64,000 bases of DNA from Eledone cirrhosa (lineage: Eukaryota), in contig OZ024744.1 in assembly GCA_964016885.1 (NCBI GenBank), forward strand, positions 101,432,001 to 101,496,000. The letters run 5' to 3'. Below are positions 41,000 to 55,900 of the stretch, one piece after another; the first letter of the stretch is position 1, and every line of letters starts with the position of its first letter. The translations under genes and the position numbers were made by a program. Below the pieces are notes generated by a model. The model searched no databases and was not told where the DNA came from. It was given only the letters and a program-made list of their open reading frames with translations.

Positions 41000-43900
41000 T
41001 CATGACAAAAAGCACCCATTCCACACTGTAAAGTGGTCATGTATGTGTCATGACAAAAAGCAACCAGTCCACACTATAAAGTGGTCATGTAGGTGTCACA
41101 ACAAAAAGCACCCAGTCCACACTGTAAAATGGTTATGTAGGTGTCATGACGAAAAGCACCCACTACTCACTTTAAAGTGTTCATGTAGGTGTCATATACA
41201 AAAAGCACCCAGTACTCACTGTAAGGTGTTCATGTAGGTGTCATTACAAAAAGCACCCAGCCCACACTGTAAAGTAGTCATGTAGGTGTCATGACAAAAA
41301 GCACCAAGTCCACACTATAAAGTGGTCAGTTAGGTGTCATGACAAAAAGCACCCAGTCCACACTGTAAAGTGGTCATTTAGGTGTCATGCCAAAAAGTAC
41401 CTAGTACACAGTATAAAAGTGGTCACGTAGGTGTAATGACAAAAAGGACCCCGCCCACACTGTAAAGTGTTCATGTAGGTGTAATGACAAATAGCACCCA
41501 GTACTCACTGTAAAGTGGTCATGTAGGTGTCATGACAAATAGCACCCAGTCCACACTATAAAGTGGTCATGTAGGTGTCATGACAAATAGCACCCAGTCC
41601 ATACTGTAATGTGGTCATGTATGTGTCATTTCAAAAAGCAACCAGTCGACACTGGAAAGTGCTCATGTAGGTGTCATGACAAAAAGCACCCAACCCACAC
41701 TGTAAAGTGGTCATGTAGGTGTCATATCAACAAGCACCCAGTCCACAATGTAAAGTGGTCATGTAGGTGTCATGACAAAAAGCACCCAGTCGAGACTGTA
41801 AAGTGGTCATGTAGGTGTCATGACAAAAAGCACCCAACCCACACTGTAAAGTGGTCATGTAGATGTCATGACAAAAAGCACCCAGTCCACACTGTAAAGT
41901 GGTCATGTAGGTGTCAAGACAAAAAGCACACAGTCCACACATTAAAGTGGTCATGTACGTATCATCACAAAAAGCACCCAGTCCGCACTGTAAAGTGGTC
42001 AAGTAGGTGTCATGACAAAAAGCAGCCAATCCACACTGTAAAGTGGTCATGTTGTTGTCATGACAAAAAGCACCCAGCTCACACTGTAAAGTGGTCAGTT
42101 AGGTGTCATGACAAAAAGCACCCAGTCCACACTGTAAAGTGGTCTTGTAGGTGTCATGCCAAAAAGTACCTAATACTCACTCTAAAGTGGTCATGTAGGT
42201 ATCATGACAAAAAGAACCCAGTACTCAATATAAAATTGTCACGTAGGTGTAATGACAAAAAGCACCCAGTACTGACTGTGAAAGTGATCATGTAGATGTC
42301 AGGACAAAAAGCACCCAGTCCGCACTGTAAAGTGGTCATCTAGGTGTCATGACAAAAAGCACTCAGTCCACACTGTAAAGTGTTCAGGTAGGTGTCATGA
42401 CAAAATGCACTCAATCCACACTGTAAAGTGTTCAGTTAGGTGTCATGACAAAAAACACCCAGTCCACACTGTAAAGTGGTCATGTAGGTGTCATGACAAA
42501 AAACACCCAGTCCACACTGCAAAGTGGTCATGTAGGTGTCATTACAAAAATCACCCAGTCGAGACTGTAAAGTGGTCATGTAGGTGTCATGACAAAAAGA
42601 ACCCAACCCACACTGTAAAGTGGTCATGTAGGTGTCATGACAAAAATCACCCAGTCGAGACTGTAAAGTGGTCATGTAGATGTCATGACAAAAAGCACCC
42701 AGTCCACACTGTAAAGTGGTCATGTAGGTGTTATGCCAAAAAGTACCCAGTACTCACTCTAAAGTGGTCATATAGGTGTCATGACGAAAAGAACCCAATC
42801 CACACTGTAAAGTGGTCATGTAGCTGTCAAGACAAAAAGCACACAGTCCACACTTTAAAGTGGTCATGTACGTATCATCACAAAAAGCAGCCAGTCCGCA
42901 CTGTAAAGTGGTCAAGTAGGTGTCATGACAAAAAGCACCCAATCCACACTGTAAAGTGGTCATGTTGTTGTCATGACAAAAAGCACCCAGCTCACACTGT
43001 AAAGTGGTCAGTTAGGTGTCATGACAAAAAGCACCCAGTCCACACTGTAAAGTGGTCATGTAGGTGTCATGACTAAAAGCACCCAGTCCACACTGTAAAA
43101 TGGTCATGTAGGTGTCATCACAAAAAGCACCCAGTTCATACTGTAATGTGGTGATGTAGGTGTCATGACAAAAAGAATGCAGCCAACACTGTAAAGTGGT
43201 CTTGTAGGTGTCATGACAAAATGCACTCAGTCCACACTGTAAAGTGTTCAGGTAGGTGTCATGACAAAATGCACTCAATCCACACTGTAAAGTGTTCAGT
43301 TAGGTGTCATGACAAAAAACACCCAGTCCACACTGTAAAGTGGTCATGTAGGTGTCATGACAAAAAACACCCAGTCCACACTGTAAAGTGGTCATGTAGG
43401 TGTCATGACAAAAAGAACCCAGTACTCACTATAAAAGTGGTCATGTAGGTGTAATGACAAAAAACACCCAATACTCTCTGTGAAAGTGGTCAGGTAGGTG
43501 TCATGATAAAAAGCACCTAGTACTCACTGTAAAGTGGTCATGTAGGTGTCATGACAAAAAGAACCCAGTACTCACTGTAATGTGGTCATGTAGGTGTCAT
43601 GACAAAAAGCACCCAGTCCACACAGTAAAATGGTCATGTAGGTGTCATGACAAAAAGCACCCAGTTCATACTGTAATGTGGTGATGTAGGTGTCAGGACA
43701 AAAAGAATCCAGCCCACACTGTAAAGTGGTCTTGCAGGTGTCATGACAAAAAGCACTCAGTCCACACTGTAAAGTGTTCAGTTAGGTGTCATGTCAAAAA
43801 AGACCTAGTCCACCCTGTAAACTGATCATGTAGGGGTCATGACAAAAAGCACACAGTCCACACTGTAAAGTGGTCATGTAGGTGTGATGCCAAAAAATAC

Positions 43901-46900
43901 CCAGTCCACCCTGTAAAGTGATCATGTAGAGATCATGACAAAAACCACCCAGCCCACACTGTTAAGTGGTCATGTAGGAGTCACGACAAAAAGCACCCAG
44001 TACTTACTGTAAAAATGGTCATCTAGATGTCATGACAAAAAGCACCCAGTCCACACTGTAAAGTGGTCATGTAGGTGTCATGACAAAAAGCACCCAGTCC
44101 ACACAGTAAAGTGGTCATGTAGGTGTCATGACAAAATTCACCCAGTACTCACTGTAAAAGTTGTCATGTAGATGTCATGACAAAAAGCACCCATTCCACA
44201 CTGTAAAGTGGTCATGTAGGTGTCATGACAAAAAGCACCCAGACCAGACTGTACAGTGGTCATGTAGGTGACATGACAAAAAGCACCCAGTCCAAACTGT
44301 AAAGTGGTCATGTATGTGTCATGACAAAAAGCACCCAGTACTCACTGTAAAGTGGTCATGTAGGTGTCATGACAAAAAGCACCCAGTCCAAACTGTAAAG
44401 TGGTCATGTATGTGTTATGACAAAAAGCACCCAGTACTCACTGTAAAGTGTTCATGTAGGTGTCATGACAAAAAGCACACAGTACTCACTGTAAAGTGTT
44501 CATGTAGGTGTCATTACAAAAAGCACCCAGCCCACACTGTAAAGTGGTCATGTAGGTGTCATTATAAAAAGCACCCAGTCCAAACTGTAAAGTGGTCAGT
44601 TAGGTGTCATGAAAAAAAGAACCCAGTACTCACTGTAAAACCTGTCAAGTAGGTGTCATGAGAAAATGCACACAGTCCACACTGTAAAGTGGTCATGTAG
44701 GTGTCATGACAAAAAGCACCCAGTTCACACTGTAAAGTGGTCATGTAGGTGTCATGACAAAAAGGACCCAGCCCACACTGTAAAGTGGTCCTGTAGGTGT
44801 CATGACAAAAAGCTCCCAGCCGACACTGTAAAGTGGTCATGTAGGTGTCATGACAAAAAGCACCCAGCCCACACTGTAAAGTGGTCCTGTAGGTGTCATG
44901 ACAAAAACACCCAGTCCACACTGTAAAGTGGTCATGTAGGTGTCATGACAAAAAGGACCCAGTCCACACTATAAAGTGGTCATATAGGTGTCACGACAAA
45001 AAGCACACAGTACTTACTGTAAAAGTTGTCATGTACGTGTCATGACAAAAAGCACCCAGTCCGCACTGTAAAGTGGTCATATAGGTGTCCTGACAAAAAG
45101 CACCCAGTCTACACTGAAAAGTGGTCAAGCAGGTGTCATGACAAAAGGCACCCAGTACTCACTGTAAAGTGGTCCTGTAGGTGTCATGACAAAAAGCACC
45201 CAGTCCACACTGTAAAGTGTTCATGTAGGTGTCACAACAAAAAGCACCCAGTACCTACTGTAAAATTGGTCATGTAGATATCATGACAAAAAGCACCCAT
45301 TCCACACTGTAAAGTGGTCATGTATGTGTCATGACAAAAAGCACCCAGTCCACACTATAAAGTGGTTATGTAGGTGTCATGACAAAAAGCACCCAGTCCA
45401 CACTGTAAAATGGTTATGCAGGTGTCATGACAAAAAGCACCCAGTACTCCCTGTAAAGTGGTCATGTAGGTGTCATGAGAAAACGCACCCAGTACTCATT
45501 CTAAAGTTGTCATGCAGGTGTCATGACAAAAAGCACCCAGTCCACACTGTAAAGTGGTCATGTAGGTATCATGACAAAAAGCACCCAGTACTCACTGTAA
45601 GGTGTTCATGTAGGTGTCATTACAAAAAGCACCCAGCACACAGTGTAAAGTGGTCATGTAGGTGTCATGACAAAAAGCACCCAGTCCACACTGTAAAGTG
45701 GCCAGTTAGGTGTCATGACAAAAAGCACCCTGTCCACACTATAAAAGTGGTCATGTAGGTGTAATGACAAAAAGGACCCCACCCACACTGTAAAGTGTTC
45801 ATGTAGGTGTCATGACAAATAGCACCCAGTCCACACTGTAATATGGTCATGTAGATGTCATGACAAAAAGCACCGATTACTCACTGTAAATTGGTCCTGT
45901 AGGTGTCATGACTAAAAGCACCCAGTCCACACTATAAAGTGGTCATGTAGGTGTCATGACAAAAAGCTTCCAGTCCACACTGTAAAGTGCTCATGTAGGT
46001 GTCTTGACAAAAAGCACCCAGTCCACACTGTAAAGTGGTCAGTTAGGTGTCCTGACAAAAAGCACCCAGTCCACACTGTAAAGAGGTGATGTAGGTGTCA
46101 TGACAAAAATACCCAGTACTCACTGTAAAGTGGTCATGTAGGTGTCATGATAAAAAGAACCCAGCCCACACTGTAAAGTAGTCGTGTAGGTGTCACGACA
46201 AAAAGCACCCAGCCCACACTGTAAAGTAGTCGTGTAGGTGTCACGACAAAAAGCACCCAGTCCACCCTGTAAAGTGGTCAGTTAGGTGTCATGACAAAAA
46301 GCACCCAGTTCACACTGTAAAATGGTCAGGTAGGTGTCATGACAAAAAGTGCACAGTCCACACTGTAAAGTGCTCATGTAGGTGTCTTGACAAAAAGCAC
46401 CCAACCAACACTGTAAAGTGGTTGTGTAGGTGTCACGACAAAAAGCACCCAGCCCACACTGTAAAGTAGTCGTGTAGGTTTCACGTCAAAAAGCACCCAG
46501 TCCACACTGTAAAGTGGTCAGTTAGGTGTCATGACAAAAAGCACCCAGTCCACACTATAAAGTGGTCATGTAGGTGCCACATCAAAAAGCACCCAGTCCA
46601 CACTGTAAAATGGTCAGGTAGGTGTCATGACAAAAAGTGCACAGTCCACACTGTAAAGTGGTCATGTAGGTGTCATGACAAAAGGCACACAGTCCACACT
46701 GTAAAGTAGTCAGTTAGGTGTCATGACGAAAAGAACCCAGTCCACACTGTAAAGTGGTCTTGTAGGTGTCAAGACAAAAAGCACACAGTCCACACTTTAA
46801 AGTGGTCATGTACGTGTCATCACAAAAAGCAGCCAGTCCGCACTGTAAAGTGGTCAAGTAGGTGTCATGACAAAAAGAACCTAGTACTCACTGTAAAGTG

Positions 46901-49900
46901 GTCATGTAGGTGTCATGATAAAAAGAACCCAGTACTCAATATAAAAGTGGTGATATAGGTTTAATAACAAAAGGCACCCAGTACTCACCGTAACGTGTTC
47001 ATGTAGGTGTCATGACAAAAGGCACCCAGTCCACGCTGTAAAGTTGTGATGTAGGTGTCATGACAAAAAGCACCCAGTCCACACTGTAAAGTGGCCAGTT
47101 AGGTGTCATGACAAAAAGCACCCTGTCCACACTATAAAAGTGGTCATGTAGGTGTAATGACAAAAAGGACCCCACCCACACTGTAAAGTGTTCATGTAGG
47201 TGTCATGACAAATAGCACCCAGTCCACACTGTAATATGGTCATGTAGATGTCATGACAAAAAGCACCGATTACTCACTGTAAATTGGTCCTGTAGGTGTC
47301 ATGACTAAAAGCACCCAGTCCACACTATAAAGTGGTCATGTAGGTGTCATGACAAAAAGCTTCCAGTCCACACTGTAAAGTGCTCATGTAGGTGTCTTGA
47401 CAAAAAGCACCCAGTCCACACTGTAAAGTGGTCAGTTAGGTGTCCTGACAAAAAGCACCCAGTCCACACTGTAAAGAGGTGATGTAGGTGTCATGACAAA
47501 AATACCCAGTACTCACTGTAAAGTGGTCATGTAGGTGTCATGATAAAAAGAACCCAGCCCACACTGTAAAGTAGTCGTGTAGGTGTCACGACAAAAAGCA
47601 CCCAGCCCACACTGTAAAGTAGTCGTGTAGGTGTCACGACAAAAAGCACCCAGTCCACCCTGTAAAGTGGTCAGTTAGGTGTCATGACAAAAACCACCCA
47701 GTTCACACTGTAAAATGGTCAGGTAGGTGTCATGACAAAAAGTGCACAGTCCACACTGTAAAGTGCTCATGTAGGTGTCTTGACAAAAAGCACCCAACCA
47801 ACACTGTAAAGTGGTTGTGTAGGTGTCACGACAAAAAGCACCCAGCCCACACTGTAAAGTAGTCGTGTAGGTTTCACGTCAAAAAGCACCCAGTCCACAC
47901 TGTAAAGTGGTCAGTTAGGTGTCATGACAAAAAGCACCCAGTCCACACTATAAAGTGGTCATGTAGGTGCCACATCAAAAAGCACCCAGTCCACACTGTA
48001 AAATGGTCAGGTAGGTGTCATGACAAAAAGTGCACAGTCCACACTGTAAAGTGGTCATGTAGGTGTCATGACAAAAGGCACACAGTCCACACTGTAAAGT
48101 AGTCAGTTAGGTGTCATGACGAAAAGAACCCAGTCCACACTGTAAAGTGGTCTTGTAGGTGTCAAGACAAAAAGCACACAGTCCACACTTTAAAGTGGTC
48201 ATGTACGTGTCATCACAAAAAGCAGCCAGTCCGCACTGTAAAGTGGTCAAGTAGGTGTCATGACAAAAAGCACCCAATCCACACTGTAAAGTGGTCGTGT
48301 TGTTGTCATGACAAAAAGCACCCAGTTCACACTGTAAAGTGGTCAGTTAGGTGTCATGACAAAAAGCACCCAGTCCACACTGTAAAGTGGTCTTGTAGGT
48401 GTCATGCAAAAAAGTACCTAATACTCACTCTAAAGTGGTCATGTAGGTATTATGACAAAAAGAACCCAGTACTCAATATAAAATTGTCACGTAAGTGTAA
48501 TGACAAAAAGCACCCAGTACTGACTGTGAAAGTGATCATGTAGGTGTCAGGACAATAGCACCCAGTACTCACTGTGAAAGAGGTCATGTATGTGTCATGA
48601 AAAAAGCACCCAGTCCGCACTGTAAAGTGGTCATGTAGGTATCATGACAAAAAGCACCCAGTCCACACTGTAAAGTGGTCAGTTAGGTGTCATGACAAAA
48701 AGTACCCAGTCCACACTGTAAAGTGGTGATGTAGGTGTCATGACAAAAAGAACCTAGTACTCACTGTAAAGTGGTCATGTAGGTGTCATGATAAAAAGAA
48801 CCCAGTACTCAATATAAAAGTGGTGATATAGGTTTAATAACAAAAGGCACCCAGTACTCACCGTAACGTGTTCATGTAGGTGTCATGACAAAAGGCACCC
48901 AGTCCACGCTGTAAAGTTGTGATGTAGGTGTCATGACAAAAAGAATCCAGCCCACACTGTAAAGTGGTCATGTAGGTGTCATGACAAAAAGCACCCAGTC
49001 CTCACTATAAAAGTGGTCATGTAGGTGTCATGACAAAAAGCACTCAGTCCACACTGTAAAGTGTTCAGGTAGGTGTCATGACAAAAAGCACCCAGTCCAC
49101 ACTGTAAAGTGGTCATGTAGGTGTAATGACAAAAAGCACCCAGTATACACTGTAAAAGTGAACATGTAGGTGTCATGACAAAAAGCACCCAGCTCACACT
49201 GTAAAGTGTTCAGTTAGGTGTCATGACAAAAAGCACCCAGTCCACACTGTAAAATGGTCATGTAGGTGTCATCACAAAAAGCACCCAGTTCATACTTTAA
49301 TGTGGTGATGTAGGTGTCATGACAAAAAGAATGCAGCCCACACTGTAAAGTGGTCTTGTAGGTGTCATGACAAAATGCACTCAATCCACACTGTAAAGTG
49401 TTCAGTTAGGTGTCATGACAAAAAACACCCAGTCCACACTGTAAAGTGGTCATGTAGGGGTCATGACAAAAGGGCACCCAGTCCACACTCTAAAGTTGTC
49501 ATGTAGGTGTCATGCAAAAATGAACCCAGTACTCACTGTAAAGTGATCATGTAGATGTCATGACAAAAAACAGCCAGTCCACACTGTAAAGTGGTCATGT
49601 AGGTGTCATGACAAAAAGAACCCAGTACTCACTATAAAAGTGGTCATGTAGGTGTAATGACAAAAAAGACCCAGTACTCACTGTAAAAGTGGTCATGTAG
49701 GTGTCATGACAAAAAGCACCCAGTCCACACTGTAAAGTGGTCATATATTTGTCATGACAAAAAGCACCCAGTACTCTCTGTGAAAGTGGTCATGTAGGTG
49801 TCATGACAAAAAGCACCCAGTCTACACTGTAAAATGGTCATGTAGGTGTCATGACAAAAAGCACCCAGTTCATACTGTAATGTGGTGATGTAGGTGTCAG

Positions 49901-52900
49901 GACAAAAAGAATCCAGACCACACTGTAAAGTGGTCTTGTAGGTGTCATGACAAAAAGCACTCAGTTCACACTGTAAAGTGTTCAGTTAGGTGTCATGTCA
50001 AAAAACACCTAGTCCACCCTGTAAAGTGATCATGTAGGGGTCATGACAAAAAGCACCCAGTCCACCCTGTAAAGTGATCATGTAGAGGTCATGACAAAAA
50101 CCACCCAGCCCACACTGTTAAGTGGTCATGTAGGAGTCACGACAAAAAGCACCCAGTACTTACTGTAAAAATGGTCATCTAGATGTCATGACAAAAAGCA
50201 CCCAGTCCACACTGTAAAGTGGTCATGTAGGTGTCATGAGAAAATTCACCCAGTACTCACTGTAAAAGTTGTCGTGTAGCTGTAATGACAAAAAGCACCC
50301 AGTCCGCACAGTAAAGTGGTCATGTAGGTGTCCTGATAAAAAGCACCCAGTCCACACTGTAAAGTGGTCATGCAGGTGTCACGACAAAAAGCACCCAGTA
50401 CCTACTACAAAAGTGGTCATATAGATGTCATGACAAAAAGCACCCATTCCACACTGTAAAGTGGTCATGTAGGTGTCATGACAAAAAACACCCAGTCCAC
50501 ACTGTAAAGTGGTCATGTAGGTGTCATGACAAAAAGCACCCAGACCAGACTGTATAGTGGTCATGTAGGTGACATTTCAAAAAGCACCCATTCCAAACTG
50601 TAAAGTGGTCATGTATGTGTTATGACAAAAAGCACCCAGTACTCACTGTAAAGTGGTCATGTAGGTATCATGACAAAAAGCACCCAGTACTCACTGTAAA
50701 GTGTTCATGTAGGTGTCATGACAAAAAGCACCCAGTACTCACTGTAAAGTGTTCATGTAGGTGTCATGACAAAAAGCACCCAGTCCAAACTGTAAAGTGG
50801 TCAGTTAGGTGTCATTACAAAAAGCACCCTGTCCACACTGTAAAGTGGTCATGTAGGTGTGATGACAAAAACACCCAGTATACACTGTAAAGTGTTTTAT
50901 GTAGGTGTCATGACAAAAAGCACCCAGTCCACACAATAAAGTGGTCAGTTAGGTGTCATGAGAAAAATCACCCAGTCCATACTGTAAAGTGGTCACGTAG
51001 GTGTCATGCCAAAAAGTACCTAGTACTCACTCTAAAGAGGTCATGTAGGTGTCATGAAAAAAAGAACCCAGTACTCACTGTAAAATCTGTCAAGTAGGTG
51101 TCATGAGAAAATGCACACAGTCCACACTGTAAAGTGGTCATGACAAAAAGCACCCAGCCTACACTGTAAGGTGGTCCTGTAGGTGTCATGACAAAAAGCA
51201 GCCAGCCGACACTGTAAAGTGGTCATGTAGGTGTCATGACAAAAAGCACCCAGCCCACACTGTAAAGTGGTCCTGTAGGTGTCATGAAAAAAACACCCAG
51301 TCCACACTGTAAAGTGGTCATGTAGGTGTCAATACAAAAAGGACCCAGTCCACACTATAAAGTGGTCATATAGGTGTCACGACAAAAAGCACACAGTACT
51401 TACTGTAAAAGTTGTCATGTACGTGCCATGACAAAAAGCACCCAGTCCGCACTGTAAAGTGGTCATATAGGTGTCCTGACAAAAAGCACGCAGTCTACAC
51501 TGAAAAGTGGTCAAGAAGGTGTCATGACAAAAGGCACCCAGTACTCACTGTAAAGTGGTCCTGTAGGTGTCATGACAAAAAGCACCCTGTCCACACTGTA
51601 AAGTGTTCATGTAGGTGTCACAACAAAAAGTACACAGTACCTACTGTAAAATTGGTCATGTAGATATCATGACAAAAAGCACCCATTCCACACTGTAAAG
51701 TGGTCATGTATGTGTCATGACAAAAAGCACCCAGTCCACACTGTAAAATGGTTATGCAGGTGTCATGACAAAAAGCACCCAGTACTCCCTGTAAAGTGGT
51801 CATATAGGTGTCATGAGAAAACGCACCCAGTACTCATTCTAAAGTGGTCATGCAGGTGTCATGACAAAAAGCACCCAGTCCACACTGTAAAGTGGTCATG
51901 TAGGTCTCATGACAAAAAGCACCCAGTACTCCCTGTAAAGTGGTCATGTAGGTGTCATGAGAAAACGCACCCAGTACTCATTCTAAAGTGGTCATGCAGG
52001 TGTCATGCAAAAAGCACCCAGTCCACACTGTAAAGTGGTCATGTAGGTCTCATGACAAAAAGCACCCAGTACTCACTGTAAGGTGTTCATGTAGGTGTCA
52101 TTACAAAAAGCACCCAGCCCACAGTGTAAAGTGGTCATGTAGGTGTCATGTCAAAAAGCACCCAGTCCACACTGTAAAGTGGCCAGTTAGGTGTCATGAC
52201 AAAAAGCACCCTGTCCACACTATAAAAGTGGTCATGTAGGTGTAATGACAAAAAGGACCCCACCCACACTGTAAAGTGTTCATGTAGGTGTCATGACAAA
52301 TAGCACCCAGTCCACACTGTAATATGGTCATGTAGATGTCATGACAAAAAGCACCGAGTACTCATTGTAAATTGGTCCTGTAGGTGTCATGACAAAAAGC
52401 ACCCAGTCCACACTATAAAGTGGTCATGTAGGTGCCACATCAAAAAGCACCCGGTTCACACTGTAAAATGGTCAGGTAGGTGCCACATCAAAAAGCACCC
52501 AGTCCACACTGTAAAGTGTTCATGTAGGTGTCTTGACAAAAAGCACCCAACCAACACTGTAAAGTGGTCATGTAGGTGTCATGACAAAAAGCACACAGTC
52601 CACACTGTAAAGTAGTCAGTTAGGTGTCATGACGAAAAGAACCCAGTCCACACTTTAAAGTGGTCTTGTAGGTGTCAAGACAAAAAGCACACAGTCCACA
52701 CTTTAAAGTGGTCATGTACGTGTCATCACAAAATGCACCCAGTTCACACTGTAAAATGGTCAGGTAGGTGTCATGACAAAAAGTGCACAGTCCACACTGT
52801 AAAGTGCTCATGTAGGTGTCTAGACAAAAAGCACCCAACCAACACTGTAAAGTGGTCATGTAGGTGTCACGACAAAAAGCACCCAGCCCACACTGTAAAG

Positions 52901-55900
52901 TAGTCGTGTAGGTGTCACGACAAAAAGCACCCAGTCCACACTGTAAAGTGGTCATGTAGGTGTCACATCAAAAAGCACCCAGTCCACACTGTAAAGTGCT
53001 CATGTAGGTGTCTTGACAAAAAGCACCCAACCAACAGTGTAAAGTGGTCATGTAGGTGTCATGACAAAAGGCACACAGTCCACACTGTAAAGTAGTCAGT
53101 TAGGTGTCATGACGAAAAGAACCCAGTCCACACTGTAAAGTGGTCTTGTAGGTGTCATGCCAAAAACTACCTAATACTCACTCTAAAGTGGTCATGTAGG
53201 TATCATGACAAAAAGAACCCAGTACTCAATATAAAATTGTCACGTAGGTGTAATGACAAAAAGCACCCAGTACTGACTGTGAAAGTGATCATGTAGGTGT
53301 CAGGATGAAAAGCACCCAGTACTCACTGTGAAAGTGGTCATGTATGTGTCATGACAAAAAGCACCCAGTCCGCACTGTAAAGTGGTCATGTAGGTGTCAT
53401 GACAAAAAGCACCCAGTCCACACTGTAAAGTGGTCAATTAGGTGTCATGACAAATAGCACCCAGTCCACACTGTAAAGTGGTGATGTAGGTGTCATGACA
53501 AAAAGAACCCAGTACTCACTGTAAAGTGGTCATGTAGGTGTCATGATAAAAAGAACCCAGTACTCAATATAAAAGTGGTGATATAGGTTTAATAACAAAA
53601 AGCACCCAGTACTCACCGTAAAGTGTTCATGTAGGTGTCATGACAAAAATCACTCAGTCCACACTGTAAAGTGTTCAGGTAGGTGTCATGACAAAAAGCA
53701 CCCAGTCCACACTGTAAAGTGTTCAGGTAGGTGTCATGACAAAAAGCACCCAGTCCACACTGTAAAGTGGTCATGTAGATGTCATGACAAAAAGCACCCA
53801 GTCCTCACTATAAAAGTGGTCATGAAGTCATAATGACAAAAAGCACCCAGTACTCACTGTAAAAGTGGTCATGAAGGTGTAATGACAAAAAGCACCCAGT
53901 CCTCACTATAAAAGTGTTCATGTAGGTGCCATGACAAAAAGCACCCAGTACTCACTGTGAAAGTGGTCATGTAGGTGTCATGACAAAAAGCACCCAGTCC
54001 ACACTGTAAAGTGGTCATGTAGGTGTCATGACTAAAAGCACCCAGTCCACACTGTAAAATGGTCATGTAGGTGTCATGACAAAAAGCACCCAGTTCATAC
54101 TGTAATGTGGTGATGTAGGTGTCATGACAAAAAGAATGCAGCCAACACTGTAAAGTGGTCTTGTAGGTGTCATGACAAAATGCACTCAAACCACACTGTA
54201 AAGTGTTCAGTTAGGTGTCATGACAAAAAACACCCAGTCCACACTGTAAAGTGGTCATGTAGGGGTCATGACAAAAAGCACCCAGTCCACACTCTAAAGT
54301 GGTCATGTAGGTGTCATGCAAAAAAGAACCCAGTACTCACTGTAAAGTGATCATGTAGGTGTCATGACAAAAAACACCCTGTCCATACTGTAAAGTGGTC
54401 ATGTATGTGTCATGACAAAAAGAACCCAGTACTCACTATAAAAGTGGTCATGTAGGTGTAATGACAAAAAACACCCAGTACTCACTGTAAAAGTGGTCAT
54501 GTAGGTGTCATGACAAAAAGCACCCAGTCCACACTGTAAAGTGGTCATGTAGGTGTCATGACAAAAAGCACCCAGTACTCTCTGTGAAAGTGGTCATGTA
54601 GGTGTCATGATAAAAAGCACCTAGTACTCACTGTAAAGTGGTCATGTAGGTGTCATGACAAAAAGAACCCAGTACTCACTGTAATGTGGTCATGTAGGTG
54701 TCATGACAAAAAGCACCCAGTCCACACTGTAAAATGGTCTTGTAGGTGTCATGACAAAAAGCACCCAGTTGATACTGTAATGTGGTGATGTAGGTGTCAG
54801 GACAAAAAGAATCCAGCCCACACTGTAAAGTGGTCTTGTAGGTGTCATGACAAAAAGCACTCAGTCCACACTGTAAAGTGTTCAGTTTGGTGTCATGTCA
54901 AAAAACACCTAGTCCACCCTGTAAAGTGATCATGTAGGGGTCAAGACAAAAAGCACACAGTCCACACTGTAAAGTGGTCATGCAGGTGTGATGCCAAAAA
55001 ATACCCAGTCCACCCTGTAAAGTGATCATGTAGAGGTCATGACAAAAACCACCCAGCCCACACTGTTAAGTGGTCATGTAGGAGTCACGACAAAAAGCAC
55101 CCAGTACTTACTGTAAAAATGGTCATCTAGATGTCATGACAAAAAGCACCCAGTCCACACTGTAAAGTGGTCATGTAGGTGTCACAACAAAAAGCACCCA
55201 GTCCACACTGTAAAGTGGTCATGTAGGTGTCATGACAAAAAGCACCCAGTCCACACTGTAAAGTGGTCATGTAGGTGTCATGACAAAATTCACCCAGTAC
55301 TCACTGTAAAAGTTGTCATGTAGGTGTAATGACAAAAAGCACCCAGTCCGCACAGTAAAGTGGTCATGTAGGTGTCCTGATAAAAAGCACCCAGTCCACA
55401 CTGTAAAGTGGTCATGCAGGTGTCACGACAAAAAGCACCCAGTACCTACTACAAAAGTGGTCATGTAGATGTCATGACAAAAAGCACCCATTCCACACTG
55501 TAAAGTGCTCATGTAGGTGTCATGACAGAAAACACCCAGTCCACACTGTAAAGTGGTCATGTAGGTGACATGACAAAAAGCACCCATTCCAAACTGTAAA
55601 GTGGTCATGTATGTGCCATGACAAAAAGCACCCAGTACTCACTGTAAAGTGGTCATGTAGGTGTCATGATAAAAAGCACCCAGTACTCACTGTAAATTGT
55701 TCATGTAGGTGTCATTACAAAAAGCACCCAGCCCACACTGTAAAGTGGTCATGTAGGTGTCATGACAAAAAGCACCCAGTCCAAACTGTAAAGTGGTCAG
55801 TTAGGTGTCATTACAAAAAGCACCCTGTCCACACTGTAAAGTGGTCATGTAGGTGCGATGACAAAAACACCCAGTATACACTGTAAAGAGTTTTATGTAG

